DNA of 64,000 nt, taken from the human T2T-CHM13v2.0 reference genome, Homo sapiens. Under the pieces are notes generated by a model. The model was not told where the DNA came from, ran no database searches, and saw only the letters and a program-made list of their open reading frames with translations. The stretch is from the NCBI RefSeq assembly GCF_009914755.1, contig NC_060928.1. The stretch is one strand, 5' to 3'. Made by a program: the position numbers and the translations under genes. Positions within the stretch are counted from its first letter, which is position 1. The number at the start of each line of letters is the position of its first letter. Below are positions 49,593-64,000 of the stretch, piece by piece.

Positions 49593-51270
49593 TTAGCCTG
49601 TGGCCCTCAGGCTTGTTCCCCAAGCACCAGCCCGGACACTGGGAGAGGCTACATGAAGGCTTCCCCGCCACGCGCAGCCCCTCAACCTCTGCCCAGGCGT
49701 CCTGAGTCCCAGCAATTCCCACCGCAGCCTCCTCAGCCGCATGTAGGCTGCAGGCCGGCACTGGTCAGAGTTGCCCGCTCCCCACTGTGGTGGCTGAGAT
49801 GTCTCCTTTTGAGCGTGCGCCCCACCGAGACTCTGCTCAGCCTTGTGGAAGAAACGGGGTCCCGCCTGGCGAGGACACAGGAGGGGGGTGCGGCCACACC
49901 CAGGAAGGACACTGAGCAGGTGCAGCTGGGTGGGGCGGCCAGGGAACCTGAGACCTGCAGGCCCGGGGATGCAGGTAGAAAGTGGTAAGTCCCCGCGGCA
50001 CACAAGCACGTCGGCGGAGGCAGGCAGACGCCACCCAGCCGTAAGGATACATCCACAGGAGCATGCACTGCCCCCGTGTCGCCCAAGAACCTGCCCAGAA
50101 ATGCTGCCCCTGGCTGGCGAGGCTTGGGTCTGAGCAGTGTTCACAACAGTCACGTTTTTAATTTCAGTGTCCATGACAACTCTTAGACCGGAACAGCTCC
50201 CGCGAACACAGACCTGGCACACAGCACAGCAGCCCAACCCTGGCGCCTCCACTCAGCCAGTACATGGCATCGCTGTGGTCACGGCCAACCCCACCCTGCC
50301 AAGGGCTCCCAGTTACCCCCAGCCCAGGGAGGGCAGGGGCAGTGTGGGGTGCAGAGGCACACAGGTGGAGGAAGTGCCCTAGGCCGAAGAACCAGGTGCA
50401 GCACTGGGCACAGGGTGGGGATGTGTGTGCACCACCTGCGCATCCACCCACACCCAAACACATCCACCCGCACACGTCCATCCCACACTCCCGTGCGTGA
50501 CAACGCCCACCCACGGGTGCAGAGATGCTCTGTGCGAACAGCCGTGGCTGAGGACACCAGGACATGCAGGCCTCGTCCACATGGGCATGTCCGAGTCCCC
50601 GGAGACACCAGTGAGCCTCCCATGTGGACATGACTCCCACCCACCACCTGTCCAGCGGGGCCCCAGGTACTCCTGACGGATCAATGGCGCAGGCTCAGCA
50701 CAGAGGTTGCCGGGGCCTAGGTGGCGTCTTTCCCTCCCTTCCTGCCGAGCATGGAGCCTGTGGATCCCGGGCGGCAGTGCCTGGGTTGCTGGACCGCAGG
50801 GCGTCCTGTGGGAGCTGACCCTGCCTGGGTCCTGGGCAGAGCAGCTGGTGTTGGGCAGGCATACGTGGGCAGGGTGAGGGCAGCCCCCAGGAAGACGCTC
50901 ACCACCCAGCTGCAACCCCTTCTCCTACAGTGCCCGGACCTCCAGCTTAGCCAGAACAGATGATTCCCTTTGAGGCTGGCACAGCCTCCCTTCCCTCCTG
51001 CCCACCGCAGGGGACCTAGAGGAGAGGACCATGGAGGACCACACAGACCAGGGCCACAGCAGAGGCTGGGCAGCAGGGGAGGGGAGCCCTGGGCTAGCCT
51101 GGGCATTCTCCAGGAAGAAGGGAAGGTTGGAGCACCTCGGCTGCAGGAGGCAGGGAGGCATCTACCCGGACCACAGAGGAACAGGTGTGTGTAACACTCA
51201 TCAGTTCATGGACAGGGCTGATGGCTGCCCCGGGCCTCCTGGGAGGGCTTTGAGGCTGCATGCATGCAGA

Positions 51271-51385
51271 CCCCTGGTGCACCAGACGCAGTGTGGACGG
51301 GGTGACCCCTGGTGCACCAGATGCAGTGTGGACGGGGTGAACCCTGGTGTACCACACTTGACCAGACGTAGTGTGGACGGGGTGA
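51271..51385 (+). repeat. About 35-bp repeat x3 with internal palindrome CTGGTGCACCAG
   Basis: Direct reading. Confidence 0.85.
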
Positions 51386-53229
51386 GGCCACAAGGACAGC
51401 ATGGGCAGGCAGAGGCCAACAGTGGGCGACTGGTGCACAGCTGTGGTGGAGGCGAGCGGTGCGGCCAGGAAGACCCCTGCGCTGCGTGGACTGGAGATGG
51501 GCGCCCACACACCAAGGAGGTGCTTCGGGCAGCCTGGCAAAGCAGCCGCAGCTAAGAGAGAGTCACCTGCAGATGAAGCTTCGTCGGCACCCACTGTGGG
51601 CAGGAGGGGCTGCGCATGCGAGCGGTGGGCAGAGGCGCAGTGGGAGATGGGCCCTGGGGTCAGGGACAGGCCTGGTGCCAGACGTGAGCCCGGGGGGCTG
51701 GCCTGGGCAGCTGGATGTGCAGGGGCCACTTCCACAGTGTGTGTGCAGAGGCTCGGCATGGACAGGCTGGACAGACCCACACCACACAGGCTTGTGTGTA
51801 CGCAGGCAACAGCCTGCTTTCACCCGGAGCACTGGCCACGGGCCTCGAAAAGTCGATTCTGAACCGCGGCACGTCACCTCCCGCACATTCGGAGGAGACA
51901 GCGATCAGATTCACATGAATATGACGAATATTCATCCGCGCAGCCTTAAGGTTGCTTCCCGCATCGGCTCTTCCGTGATGAAAATCTATCTCATCTAGGT
52001 AAGTTCGGAGAAGCCGAAGCATGCGCCGGCCAAGGGCCCTCCTTTGGGCTCCGGGCGCGCCCACCCAGCTGAGCTGTGAAGCGCAAGCTGCCTCCCCGAC
52101 GAGGCTTTCATCACTTGCCTGTGCACGATTCTTAATACACTTTTTTCAGGTCCTTGCCCTTTTCCCTACTGAATACAGGTTTAACAACATAGTATTAGGT
52201 GAAAGCATTCTCACTACAGGAATCTGAACATGGCTGGGGCACCCCATGCCCCGACCTCCACCACGTACCAGGTTGGCCTGTGCTCAGCTGCAGGGCCAGA
52301 GCTGCTAGCATGTGCGCTTTACCACGTGGCGGCCACGTCATCCACAGGTCCACAGGCCAGGGTGCCACAGCGGCTCGTCAGCCTCAGGGTCTACCTTCCT
52401 TTCCCCCTCGTGGCTGCCACGTGGCTGCTCCACCCCGCCTGTTGCATTGGTCTCCCACGGAGAAAGTCTGCAGGAGGTGGGTGCAGCCAGGTGTGTCCCT
52501 TTAGATCGGGGCCCAGCAGCCTCCCAGAAACCACCTCAAGCCAACACCCACTGATGTGTCCCCTCCACCGCCAGGGGCTCAGCCCCACTCTGCTCAGTGC
52601 CCTCAACTCCAGTGCTCAGAGCAGGCTGGGGAAAGCTGGGTGCCCAGGAAGCTCGGCTGCCACCGGGCTGGAAACAGACCCCAGGACGCTCCTGGTGGCA
52701 GCTGGCTCTTGGGGGTCAGGAAGGGGCCCGCCAAGCCCACCTCCTGCCATGCAGTTCTGCCACCTGCTTCTGTGCTCAGGACTCGACGTCGCACTTACCT
52801 TTCCAGACCTCGTGCACAGGGGTGGCTTACTCTGTGAAACTGCTGCTCACATCAGGTCACCATCAGGGCAGATGTTTCTCTACGACACGCAGCCACATGC
52901 AGGCCCAGGGTGGGGCTGGGCTGAAGACCGCAGGTTTCAGATTTCCAGAGAAACTGCCAAAGCACCATCGAGACCGGCACGGCCGTTTCTATCCCACATG
53001 AAGGGCCAGGCCCAGGCTCCCTCAGCACGGCTGGTGCAGGGCTCAGCGCAGGCCAGGCCAGGGGTTACCGGCGGTGCCTGCTGCACCTGTGAGAACCCGG
53101 GAGGCGCACCCCGGTTCTCATACACCGCTCTGTCTGTACCAAACGCCACCGCCCTCATCCATTTTCTGTCAGGATTTTTCTGTTTCTACTGATTGGGAGG
53201 AGTCTTTGAATATATAAACTTTTTCATTT

Positions 53230-53773
53230 ACTTATTTTACAGACAGGACCTCGCTGGACTGCAGTGGTGTAATCATGACTCGCTGCAGCCTTGACCTCCT
53301 AGGCTGAAGCGATCCTCTGGCCTTGGCCTCTGGATACGCTGGGATGACAGGCACAGCCCCTGCACCAGCTCTGAGTGTTATCAGACATTCACCCTTAGGC
53401 TGGCACACAAATTGAAAATACCCAACCCCTACCTCTCCCGTTTTTATTTTTTAAATTTATTTTGCTATGTCATTCTTTCTTTTTTTCCTTTTTGAGACAG
53501 AGTCTTGCTCTGTTGCCCAGGCTGGAGTGCAGTGACACGATCTTGGCTCACTGCAACCTCTGCCTCTTAGGGTCAAGAGGTTCTCCTGCCTCAGCCTCCT
53601 GAGTATCTTGGACTACAGGCGCGCACCACCACGCGTGGCTAATTTCTATATTTTTAGTAGAGACGAGGTTTCACCATGTTGCCCAGGCTGGTCTTGAACT
53701 CCTGACCTCAAGTGATCCACCCGCCTCAGCCTCCTAAAGTGCTGGGATTATAAGCGTGAGCTGCTGCACCCCA
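53230..53773 (-). mobile_element. Alu monomer fragment (53230-53370) and full Alu (53475-53773)
   Basis: Reverse Alu consensus. Confidence 0.85.
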
Positions 53774-56700
53774 CCTTGCAATGCTGTTACTTCTAATTGC
53801 CATTTAATTAAAGTGACCTTTTCCTCTGTAGTATCACATTTTCCACAGAAAACATTGTATGTTCTGTATTGTCATAACCTCAGGTAATAAACACATTCTC
53901 TTGCAAGCGTTCCTCTAACTGCTCTTCATTCAAACACGTGGCCGCTTCAGTAGGCAGCGAGCATCTGTGGTGGGGGGAGCTGCTGCAGTTCCTGAACGGC
54001 CACCCCAGGGGCCCCAGAATTCACCGACTCCCCAGTCCTCGGCCCACACACCTGAAAAGCCACTGCCTGAGTCCTTGGGTCCTGCTGGGTGGGATTGTCT
54101 CTGATCCTCTGTCCTGTCTACTCTTGGTGGTACCAACACTGCCCAACTGGATCTTCTAGACCTGAGAGGGGGTCCTGGGGTCTGGACATGCCCTGCGGGG
54201 GTCGCACTGCACCCGAGGCTCAGCTGGGCACTGGGCAGTCTGCCTGGAAACAGGCCCCTGCATACGGTGATGGGGTCTCTGTCCTCTTGGTCCTAGAAGC
54301 GACTGTGACCCGGTATTAAGGTCAGAGCCCACGGCAGCCCGTCTCTGTGCCAGCCGCCAGCAAGAGACCGAGGGGCTCCAGGCCTGTCCTACACTCCATT
54401 ACCATGACAACGCCAGCTTGTGTGTTTTTCCCAGTCACCATGACAACGCCTGCTTGTGTGTTTTTCCGGGATTTCTAATCACTTCGTTTCCTGCACAGCC
54501 CCAGCACCTCTGTCTGGCGGAGCTTTCTGGTGGCCTCCCCACCCCCAAGGCGTGGAGATGCTTGTCTTGCAGGAGTGCAACTGTCCAGCTGGCTGCAGGT
54601 CCTCGCAGGCCACTGCGTCCTGTGCCCTCCCGGAGCCGCCCTGCCGCTCCAGGCCCCGCAGCCCACACCGGACGCAGCCTCCAGGCTCCAGGGCTTCCTT
54701 TTTCTTGCTCAGCAGTTTGATCAGATGTGCAGTGCTGGGCTGAAAACCCTTCTCCTGTGGAAATTCCAAAGCAGGCGAGTGGGGCTGGGCTGAGTCTTGT
54801 GTCCCGGTGGGTGACATCCCCCACCCGTGGTATCAGTAAAATCCTAGTCCTGAACCTGAACACTGGGGCGCCTCCCAGGCCCCGACATTCTTCCCGCTCC
54901 TCCTGTGACCGCACTGACGGTATCACGTTCTCTCCCTCCACGGCACTCAGACGGCGGCGACCTCCAACCAGCTATGCGGGAAGTTTCTGCCCCAGGAGGC
55001 AGAATTCCTGACTAACAGTGGCACACAAAGCAGGTGTTCAGTTTCCTCCCACGCCAAAGCCTGGAGACAGGGAGCCTGCGGCCCCGCTGCCCTCTCCACA
55101 GCCACGAGGGTCCCTGCCTCCTGCCTTGTTGCTCCACGGTTCCCAGCACGTGGCTCCCCTCACAGTCCAAGGTGGCTACCCCGGGTTCCAGCCAGCAGGG
55201 ACGAGGAGGGGACGGCAGGGAGAGGCCCTGCTCCCCTCTGTTCTGGAGCTCAATCCTTTGGCCACCCCTAGTGGCAAGAAAGCGTGGGCAGCCAAGTCCT
55301 CCCACAGGACCACACACTGCGAAACGTGGACTCGGCATCCAGGCAGCCCCTGCAGACTCCACACACAGCCCCGGGAGGTCACGGCTTCTCTTCACCTCTC
55401 TGGCTTCTGCAATGTCCCTGTGTCTTTGAGCTTCCTGTTTTTATGAGATTTTCACTCATGTTTTTAATTTCAAGCTCTCCTAGTTCTTGGGGGCTCCTTT
55501 CTGTGGCGCCGGCTCTGCTTCTGGTTAGGGGCTGCTTCAGGCCCCTCCAGGATGCCAGGACGGTTCCCAACACTCTCGTCTCTTCCAAGAATCCAGCTGC
55601 ATCCCCTGGGGCAGTTTTCTGTGTATTTATGTTGTCCTTTCTCTGCCCTGGGCTGTGCAGCCTGGGTGGGGAGCAGGAAGTCTGTCTCATGCCAGGGCCC
55701 ACGCCGGCCCCACCCCAACCACTGATCTGCATTTTATATGAACCTGTCAAGGCAGTTTGGGATTACTGCAATTTTAGAAAAACATCTGTTTTGCCTTAGC
55801 TTTCCAATTTGTTGGCAAAACTGTTTGAGTATTGTTTACGACACCAAAAGTTTTCTACGAGCCTCTTTTTTATTCTTACGTGTGCATCTTTAATACAAAT
55901 CCAGCTTCCCAATGAGAAAACCGTACCTAACAAAGGGCACTGTCCAAACCGAGCTGGTGCCACACAACTCCCTCAGGTGTGCACCACGGGCAGTTCACCC
56001 ACAGCCCCTTGCATGCGTGTGGACATGCCCACGTGACGTGCCAACGTGCCCATGTGCCGATTCCAGACACCGGCCTGCCGGCGGCCCCCCCACCTACACC
56101 CCGGGCCACTGTTTCCGTCACGCTAATCCTATCACCTGGGGATGAAGAGATCATACAGTGTGCACCCCTTGAAACCAGCTTCTTCACTCGCCATCATGCT
56201 GCCGAGATCACCCAGGGTGTGGCAGGGACCCAGCGTTCATGCCTGTTGCTGAGGAGGACACCGAGGGAGGTGGCCAGCATTTGCCTGGCCACTCACCCAC
56301 TGAAGGACAGCCGGTGGGGGGCGTCCTTCTGGTTTGGGCTATGGTGAGTTAAGCTGCTAGGGAGCATGACGTGCAGGTCTGTGTGTGGACGCGCATTCCG
56401 AGTCTCCGGGATAAAGGAGTGTGGCCACTGGGCTGCATTACAAGCACGCATCTACCCGTGTGAGAAACCGTGAAGAATCTTCCAGAGCGAACGCCCCAGC
56501 AGACGCTCCCGGCAGACCACGCGCATTTTTAACATCAGATTTTCTTCCGTCCATTTTGGAAAGGGTTTTGCTGTCATCATCACTTCCAACCCCTTCCCTC
56601 TCCTGTTCTGAAGTTTCTGCAAGAGCGACCCTTCCTCATCTCGCCCTCTCCCGCGTTCTCTCCTTCCCTCCTGTCCGCTGCCGCCTGGTCAGCTGGTAAA

Positions 56701-57682
56701 CCCGCCCCTCAGTTCCACCGATCAGCTTCGCCGTTTTCTCAGATCCGCATCTCATTTTCTCCCCTAACGCTGCTACGCCCCGTTCCAGAGTCATCAGCTC
56801 TTCGTCGGTGTCTGGCCCAGCCTCCTGGGGGCTGGGCTGGGGTGATCGGCTCGTGGGCAGCACGGGGAGCTCCTGCGGGTGGCACTGCTTCCCTGGCTTC
56901 TGCGTTTTGCGCATCTCCTTGACTGCCTGGTTACCTCTGTTTGCATGTGATGGACCCCGCACCAGATGGTGATTTGTAGAAATGACCCGAGGCCTCGGCT
57001 GACGCTGTCTTCCTCTAAAGGGGCCGTCTTACTTCTTTTGCCAGGCACCTGGGGCCGGCAGTGCGGGGTCCCCAAAAATCCAGATTCAAGGTTTCCTGGA
57101 CATCAGCAGGCTGGGTGCCGATCGTGTGGCGCGTCAGAGTCCAGGTCACCCTCACTCCAGATGTCACCTTTCAGGCCATGGATATCCCGGCAGGGCCCCA
57201 CACCCAGCAGGCCAGTGATGCCACCAAAGCCAAATTCAGCCTCTCAGCTACTTCTTCCAGAACAGCCAACACCCCAGGCCAGAGTTGGCAAGGCCCGCCC
57301 GTTCCTGCAGGTTCTAGGCCTCTCCAGGCTGCAGCCTGGGCCTGGCCCTATCCTGTGAGCTCCTGGGGGCCCAGCTTCTTCGTCTGTCTTCAGGGAAAAG
57401 CTGCTCTGAATCACTGATCCCTGGCTACAAGTAGAAGCCAGACCAACCTAGTTCTCATCACGGAGGAGCCTGTGGGTCTCCTGAGCAAACAAGAATCAGG
57501 AAAGCTGCCCAAAGGCTGCTCACTGCTGGACCAAAGCCAGGCCGCGGGCAATGCCGAGACCGCCCGTGTGAAGACCGCCGCGCAACTGGGGCCGGGGGAA
57601 GCACCTTACTCCACCCCCGCCACAAAAGCTGGCATCCCGAGGACCTGCTCTCTGGGAAAAAACTGAAAATGAATCAAGAAGC

Positions 57683-59515
<1,833 letters not shown>

Positions 59516-59711
59516 CTACAACCCACTCCACGCCACCCACTGTGCACGGGCCAACGAGGGCCGACCGCCGGGGGTTTTCTGGTCTATATGTTGTGATATT
59601 TGTAAAAAGTAAATTAAAAATCCACGTGAAAGACAACTCGTGTGTGCCTCAGCTCGCTGACTCAAGTGGACACAGACTGTGGACACCCACTACCATCTCC
59701 CTTGGGCACAG

Positions 59712-59970
59712 GACCTCCGAGACCCTCCAAGTCCCCTCCGAGACCCTCCAAGGCCCCTCCGAGATCCTCCCAGACCCTCTGAGACCCTCTCACACCCTCC
59801 AAGACCCTCCGAGACCCCCCAAGAAATCTCCAGACCCTCTGAGAACCTCCCAGACCCTCTGAGACTCCCCAAGACATTTCCAGACCCACCGAGACACCTC
59901 CCGACCCTCCTAGGCCCTCCAAGACCCTCTGAGACCCCCCGAGACCCTCCCAGACCGTCCGAGACCCCAG
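59712..59970 (+). repeat. Degenerate 10-11 bp repeat GAGACCCTCC
   Basis: Direct reading. Confidence 0.9.
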
Positions 59971-61239
59971 GGCAGCTCCATGAGGCAGGGGGACAGGAGG
60001 GACCCAGGACACTGGAGGACACAAGATGACAGCACGGGACTTTGGGAACATGGTTGTCCCTTTCCTGCCTGGGCTACCGCGTGGCTGCCCGGAATCCCTG
60101 ATGGGGTCACCAGTGTTTCACGTAGGACGCCCCCAACCCTCTGCCTGGCATTACTTCCAATTATAGATGTGAAGAGAAAAGAAACAGAACAAAGGAAGAA
60201 AAGGGTTAAAACCTGTTAAAGTCCACTCTGTGCCCCTGACCTTCCCAGAACCAGATGATTAAAGCTCATTAACACCCATTCCTTTCGCGTATGACGCAAC
60301 TAAGCCTCATCGGGGCCAACTGGAGAAATAAGGGCTCTGAGGCGTCACAGAAGCATGGCAGCTTCCAGGCACCGCCCGACCGCCCCGTGCCAGGCAGGGA
60401 GCACCAGGTGGGGCCACTGTCAGCCCCACGGCAGCTGGGCAGAGGCGGAGCTGGGGCCAGGGCCCAGCCGGTCCCTCCCCTCCTCCTCCAAAGACCGGCC
60501 ACAGGAGACCAAGCAGTACCCAGGACCGTTCGGCCAGCAGGAGGGGAGGCGCAGGACAGAACCAAGGAGCAGAGTGACCCAGCAGGCTCTCCAGTGGCCG
60601 CGGCCACAAGCACGCTCGGCCCAGTCTCCCGCCCCATCCGCTGCCCCATCCGCCTGCAGGTGAGCAGAGGCCACCGAGCTGCCAGTATCCAGGAAGCAGG
60701 GAAGTGCCTCCTGGAACCCATGGCAGAGAAAAGAAATGCTCTGGTGGACAGCCCAGGGGTGCAGTGGGCCTGCAGCACACGCCTGCAGGGGACGGGGCAT
60801 GGGTCTCCACTGACCACCCCAAAGCCGAGGGCTCCCAGTACGGCTGGGCCCATGCCCCTCCCGTGAGGTCCTCGCGCCCTGGCGTCCTCGGAGGAGCCAC
60901 TGGCCATTCCACCCACTTTCCTTCAAGATAGGAAACCAGATCCCAAACGTGAGGTCTGCACGGTCAAAACCGCGTCCTGGTTCGCCTGTTCCTTCATTCC
61001 CTCTGGACGGGAGCTGCCCACGAGCACCATAGACAGGCCGCCCAGTGACACTGTACATGGCCTCCCTCTGCACGTGGCCTCCCTCCCCGCTGTGTGTGGT
61101 GGTGATGACTTCTCATGAGCAGAAAGGTTTATGTTGCTGTTTCTGAGTGAGTGGATAGACATCCGCTCTCAGTATCCTTGGATTTCACTTCTGATGAGGA
61201 AGGCATGGACACACGGGATCACTGCAGACCGCTCGGCTG

Positions 61240-61571
61240 CGTCAGAACCGCCTGGGGGGACTCCTGGGTGCTGGGTGAGTGGGAACCGGGTCCCTCGTCA
61301 GAACCGCGTGGGGGACTCCCGGGTGCTGGGTGAGTGGGAACCGGGTCCCTCGTCGGAACCGTGTGGGGCACTCCCGGGTGCTGGGTGAGTGGGAACCGGG
61401 TCCCTCGTCGGAACCGCGTGGGGGACTCCCGGGTGCTGGGTGAGTGGGAACCGGGTCCCTCGTCGGAACCGCGTGGGGGACTCCCGGGTGCTGGGTGAGT
61501 GGGAACCGGGTCCCTCGTCGGAACCGCGTGGGGGACTCCCGGGTGCTGGGTGAGTGGGAACCGGGTCCCTC
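61240..61571 (+). repeat. 55-bp VNTR x6
   Basis: Unit CGTCGGAACCGCGTGGGGGACTCCCGGGTGCTGGGTGAGTGGGAACCGGGTCCCT. Confidence 0.97.
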
Positions 61572-62233
61572 AGCTGAACGGTGGGGAGGGGGGAGCAGGT
61601 GGAGACACCAGGCCCCATCAGGCTCAGGCACCCAAGGTGCCTCCTCACATCACCCATGAGCTGCCCCTGACCACCGTGCCAGGGTTCCCCGGACAGCCCA
61701 CCCTTGCAGGCTTGGGGACACACCCAGGAGGCTTCACAGTCACACGGCCTGTGCTGAAGCAGGCTTTGCAGCATCCCCCAAGCCCAAGGCTGTTTCCGAC
61801 TGCACGCACTTCCGGGCCAGAGAGCGCAGACCAACCACAAGGAACAGCTCCACAGGGGCCACGGCCCTGCTCCTGGGCCAGCCGGGTGGACACCTGAGAT
61901 TTCCAGGGTTCCGTGTGGGGCTCCACCCTCGTGCTGGCGGCCTCCACGTGGAGGCCCTCCGTGCCTCTCAGACACTTTCCGACAGAAACAGACAGCAGAT
62001 GCCACGGACAGGCCTGACCACAGCTGTGCTCTGCCACCAGGTGTGCAGGAAGCCCTCCCTCGAGGGGCACCTGACCTCGCCCAGAGCACACCGGGGGTCA
62101 GGTGGCAGCAGTCCGGCCCGACGCCCATGCAGCCCAGGTCCCTCGACTTGATCCGAGGCAGTGCCTCCTCCACACGGTCGCAAAGAGACCGGCCGGCTTC
62201 ACTCTGCCGCCGACGCCAGGAACCCCTACCAAC

Positions 62234-62240
62234 CTGACAT
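62234..62240 (-). CDS. CTBP1: CTBP1 short isoform, first coding nucleotides (ATG TCA G)
   Basis: Minus strand GAG ATG TCA G|gttggt; joins the next exon GC GTC CGA in frame to give [12 protein letters not shown], the known CtBP1-S N-terminus. Confidence 0.93.
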
Positions 62241-62243
62241 CTC

Positions 62244-62342
62244 TTAATATGGGCTCAGCTTCCACGACCATGAATTCGACTTTTCAAAGCTTTTTATCTT
62301 CAGGATCCCCAGGCAGAACCGCGTCCTGTCTCGGAGCCTCAT
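62244..62342 (-). other. 32-codon upstream ORF in the CTBP1-S leader
   Basis: ATG AGG CTC ... CCA TAT TAA GAG ATG; read directly from sequence, translation not shown. Confidence 0.6.
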
Positions 62343-63799
62343 CCCACGTCCTTAATTGTCTCGAGCCAAAGTGCTCAGGCTTCTGATCCGCGGCAATCAC
62401 TGAAGCCTGCGTCGGGGTCAAAGTCTTACTAAAAATCAAACACAAGAGACACATTAAAATGCCATCGAAGGTCCGACCAGAACTCACAGACTCCAGGGAA
62501 CGCCTCAGAAGTGGACCTCACTGCATCTGCCACACCCGGGACTGCTGTCTGGGACCTACCTGGACTCGGGGGCCTGCTGACAGCCAGGGGCCCCGGCTCC
62601 TGCCGCACACACGAAGGGCGCTCACCCTGAGGTTGCAGTGCCAGGCCCGAGGCCGCGCCCCTGTGGCCCCGAGGCCTACTCCTGGGAACAGTCCCCCAGG
62701 GCTGCGGCCACCCCCACAGGCTCTAGCCGCATCCAGATGTCCCCAGTGTCCAAGAACCAGGGGGCGGAGGGCACAGGGTGTGTGCTGTGGGCAGGGAAAC
62801 TGCGGAAAGGCTCTGCCTCCTGTTCTGGAAGCTTCTATCTCATGTCACTGATTCCCGGGCCTCTGTGACCAGGCAAGGACGTGGAACTTCCCAGGAGCCA
62901 CCGGGAGAGGTGCTGCTGGCTTTCCAGCATCCAGCCTGGCACTGCCTGCACTGAGCCGCGCCGGCTCCACCTCCGACCCTCAGTGCATCCTGGCGACGCT
63001 CCCTCAATTCTCCCAAAAAAACTGCTCAGCTCTTCCTGACCGCTACGGCCAGGGCCTGGCGGGAAGCTGAGGGCACGAACCCCAGTGGCTGAATGCACAG
63101 GGGCAGGGGGCCCCTGAGAGGGCCAAGCCTTCCAGTAGAGGCTTGAGAGTGCACACGATCGCCCAGCCCTCGGGAGGGTGTCACTGAGCTGCCCACACCT
63201 GGCCCCTGCTCTGGCATGAAGACACAGCACCAAGGCTGACCCCAACGTGCAGCTGACATCAGGCTGACCAGGACAGGAGCCGGCCACCACCAGCCCAGCA
63301 GCGTGGCAGGCGTGGGCTGAGACGACTGCCTGCCAGGCCAGAAGGGGCCACTCAGCCAAGCCTAAGACCCTGGTAGTGTGCTGTGAGGCCGCCCCTGCGC
63401 AGAGGCCTCGCAGACAAATCTCCAACCCTCAACTCCCTCTGCAGGATTCAAGCATACATGCTGACCATCTCCAGCTTCCAGAGACACCATCACAGGGGCT
63501 GGGGTGCAGCCCCACGCACGCACCTCCCATCCAGGGTCCCCAACACCACTCCTCATGGCAGGTGCTGTGTGGGACTCCCTGACGGAGGGCCCAAGAGCAA
63601 CACTGTGGAGCGGGATCCCCATCACCTGCGCCTGAGCCCCCATGACCTGCGCTGCAGCCTCCTGCCCTGAATGCCAGATCTCCCCATGGTACCCGGATAC
63701 CACATAAAAACAAACTAAAAGGACAGGAGAAAACCGCCTAAATGTCACATTTCACCCACGAGCCAGCCTGGCCAGGGGGCAAGGCACCGCGCCACCCAC

Positions 63800-64000
63800 G
63801 CCCAGCCAAACTCATCAATGCCAGCCGATACTCATCAACGCCAGCCGATACTCATCAATGCCAGCCGATACTCATCAACGCCAACCGATACTCATCAATG
63901 CCAGCCAATACTCATCAATACTGGCCAAACTCATTGATACGGGCCAATACTCATTGATACCGGCTGATACTCATTGATACCAGTCAATACTCATCAATGC
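63800..64000 (+). repeat. 20-bp VNTR CTCATCAATGCCAGCCGATA, runs off the window edge
   Basis: About 10 copies visible. Confidence 0.92.

Larger units (their letters stand above)
62234..62428 (-). other. CTBP1: CTBP1 leader exon (195 nt, mostly 5' UTR) of the short isoform
   Basis: Acceptor tgtgtttgatttttag at 62429-62430 and donor gt at 62233-62232. Confidence 0.85.

Overview
Primate (apparently human, 4p16.3-type subtelomeric) genomic DNA. The only supportable protein-coding gene is CTBP1 on the minus strand. Nine coding exons with canonical GT-AG boundaries (62240-62234, 59466-59312, 49505-49361, 46728-46522, 37368-37154, 35636-35506, 34768-34641, 34193-34076, 33586-33403) sum to 1290 nt and give the complete 429-aa short isoform (CtBP1-S, MSGVRPP...DHASDQL); the first exon lies beyond the right edge. 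Positions 1-12.2 kb are an AT-rich block of nested old L1 fragments with many Alus. The rest is GC-rich, with a CpG island, L1/Alu/MaLR fossils and over a dozen different tandem repeats. Nearly all ORFs in the supplied track are artefacts of GC content, Alus or VNTRs. No CRISPR, tRNA or rRNA is seen, and I cannot establish a new biological system from sequence alone. The best leads are: a G-rich VNTR that is an array of about 24 RBPJ/CSL consensus sites; two upstream ORFs in the CtBP1-S leader exon; VNTRs that carry 5' splice-site or CTCF-like motifs in their units; and a different tandem repeat just downstream of each of five consecutive CTBP1 exons.
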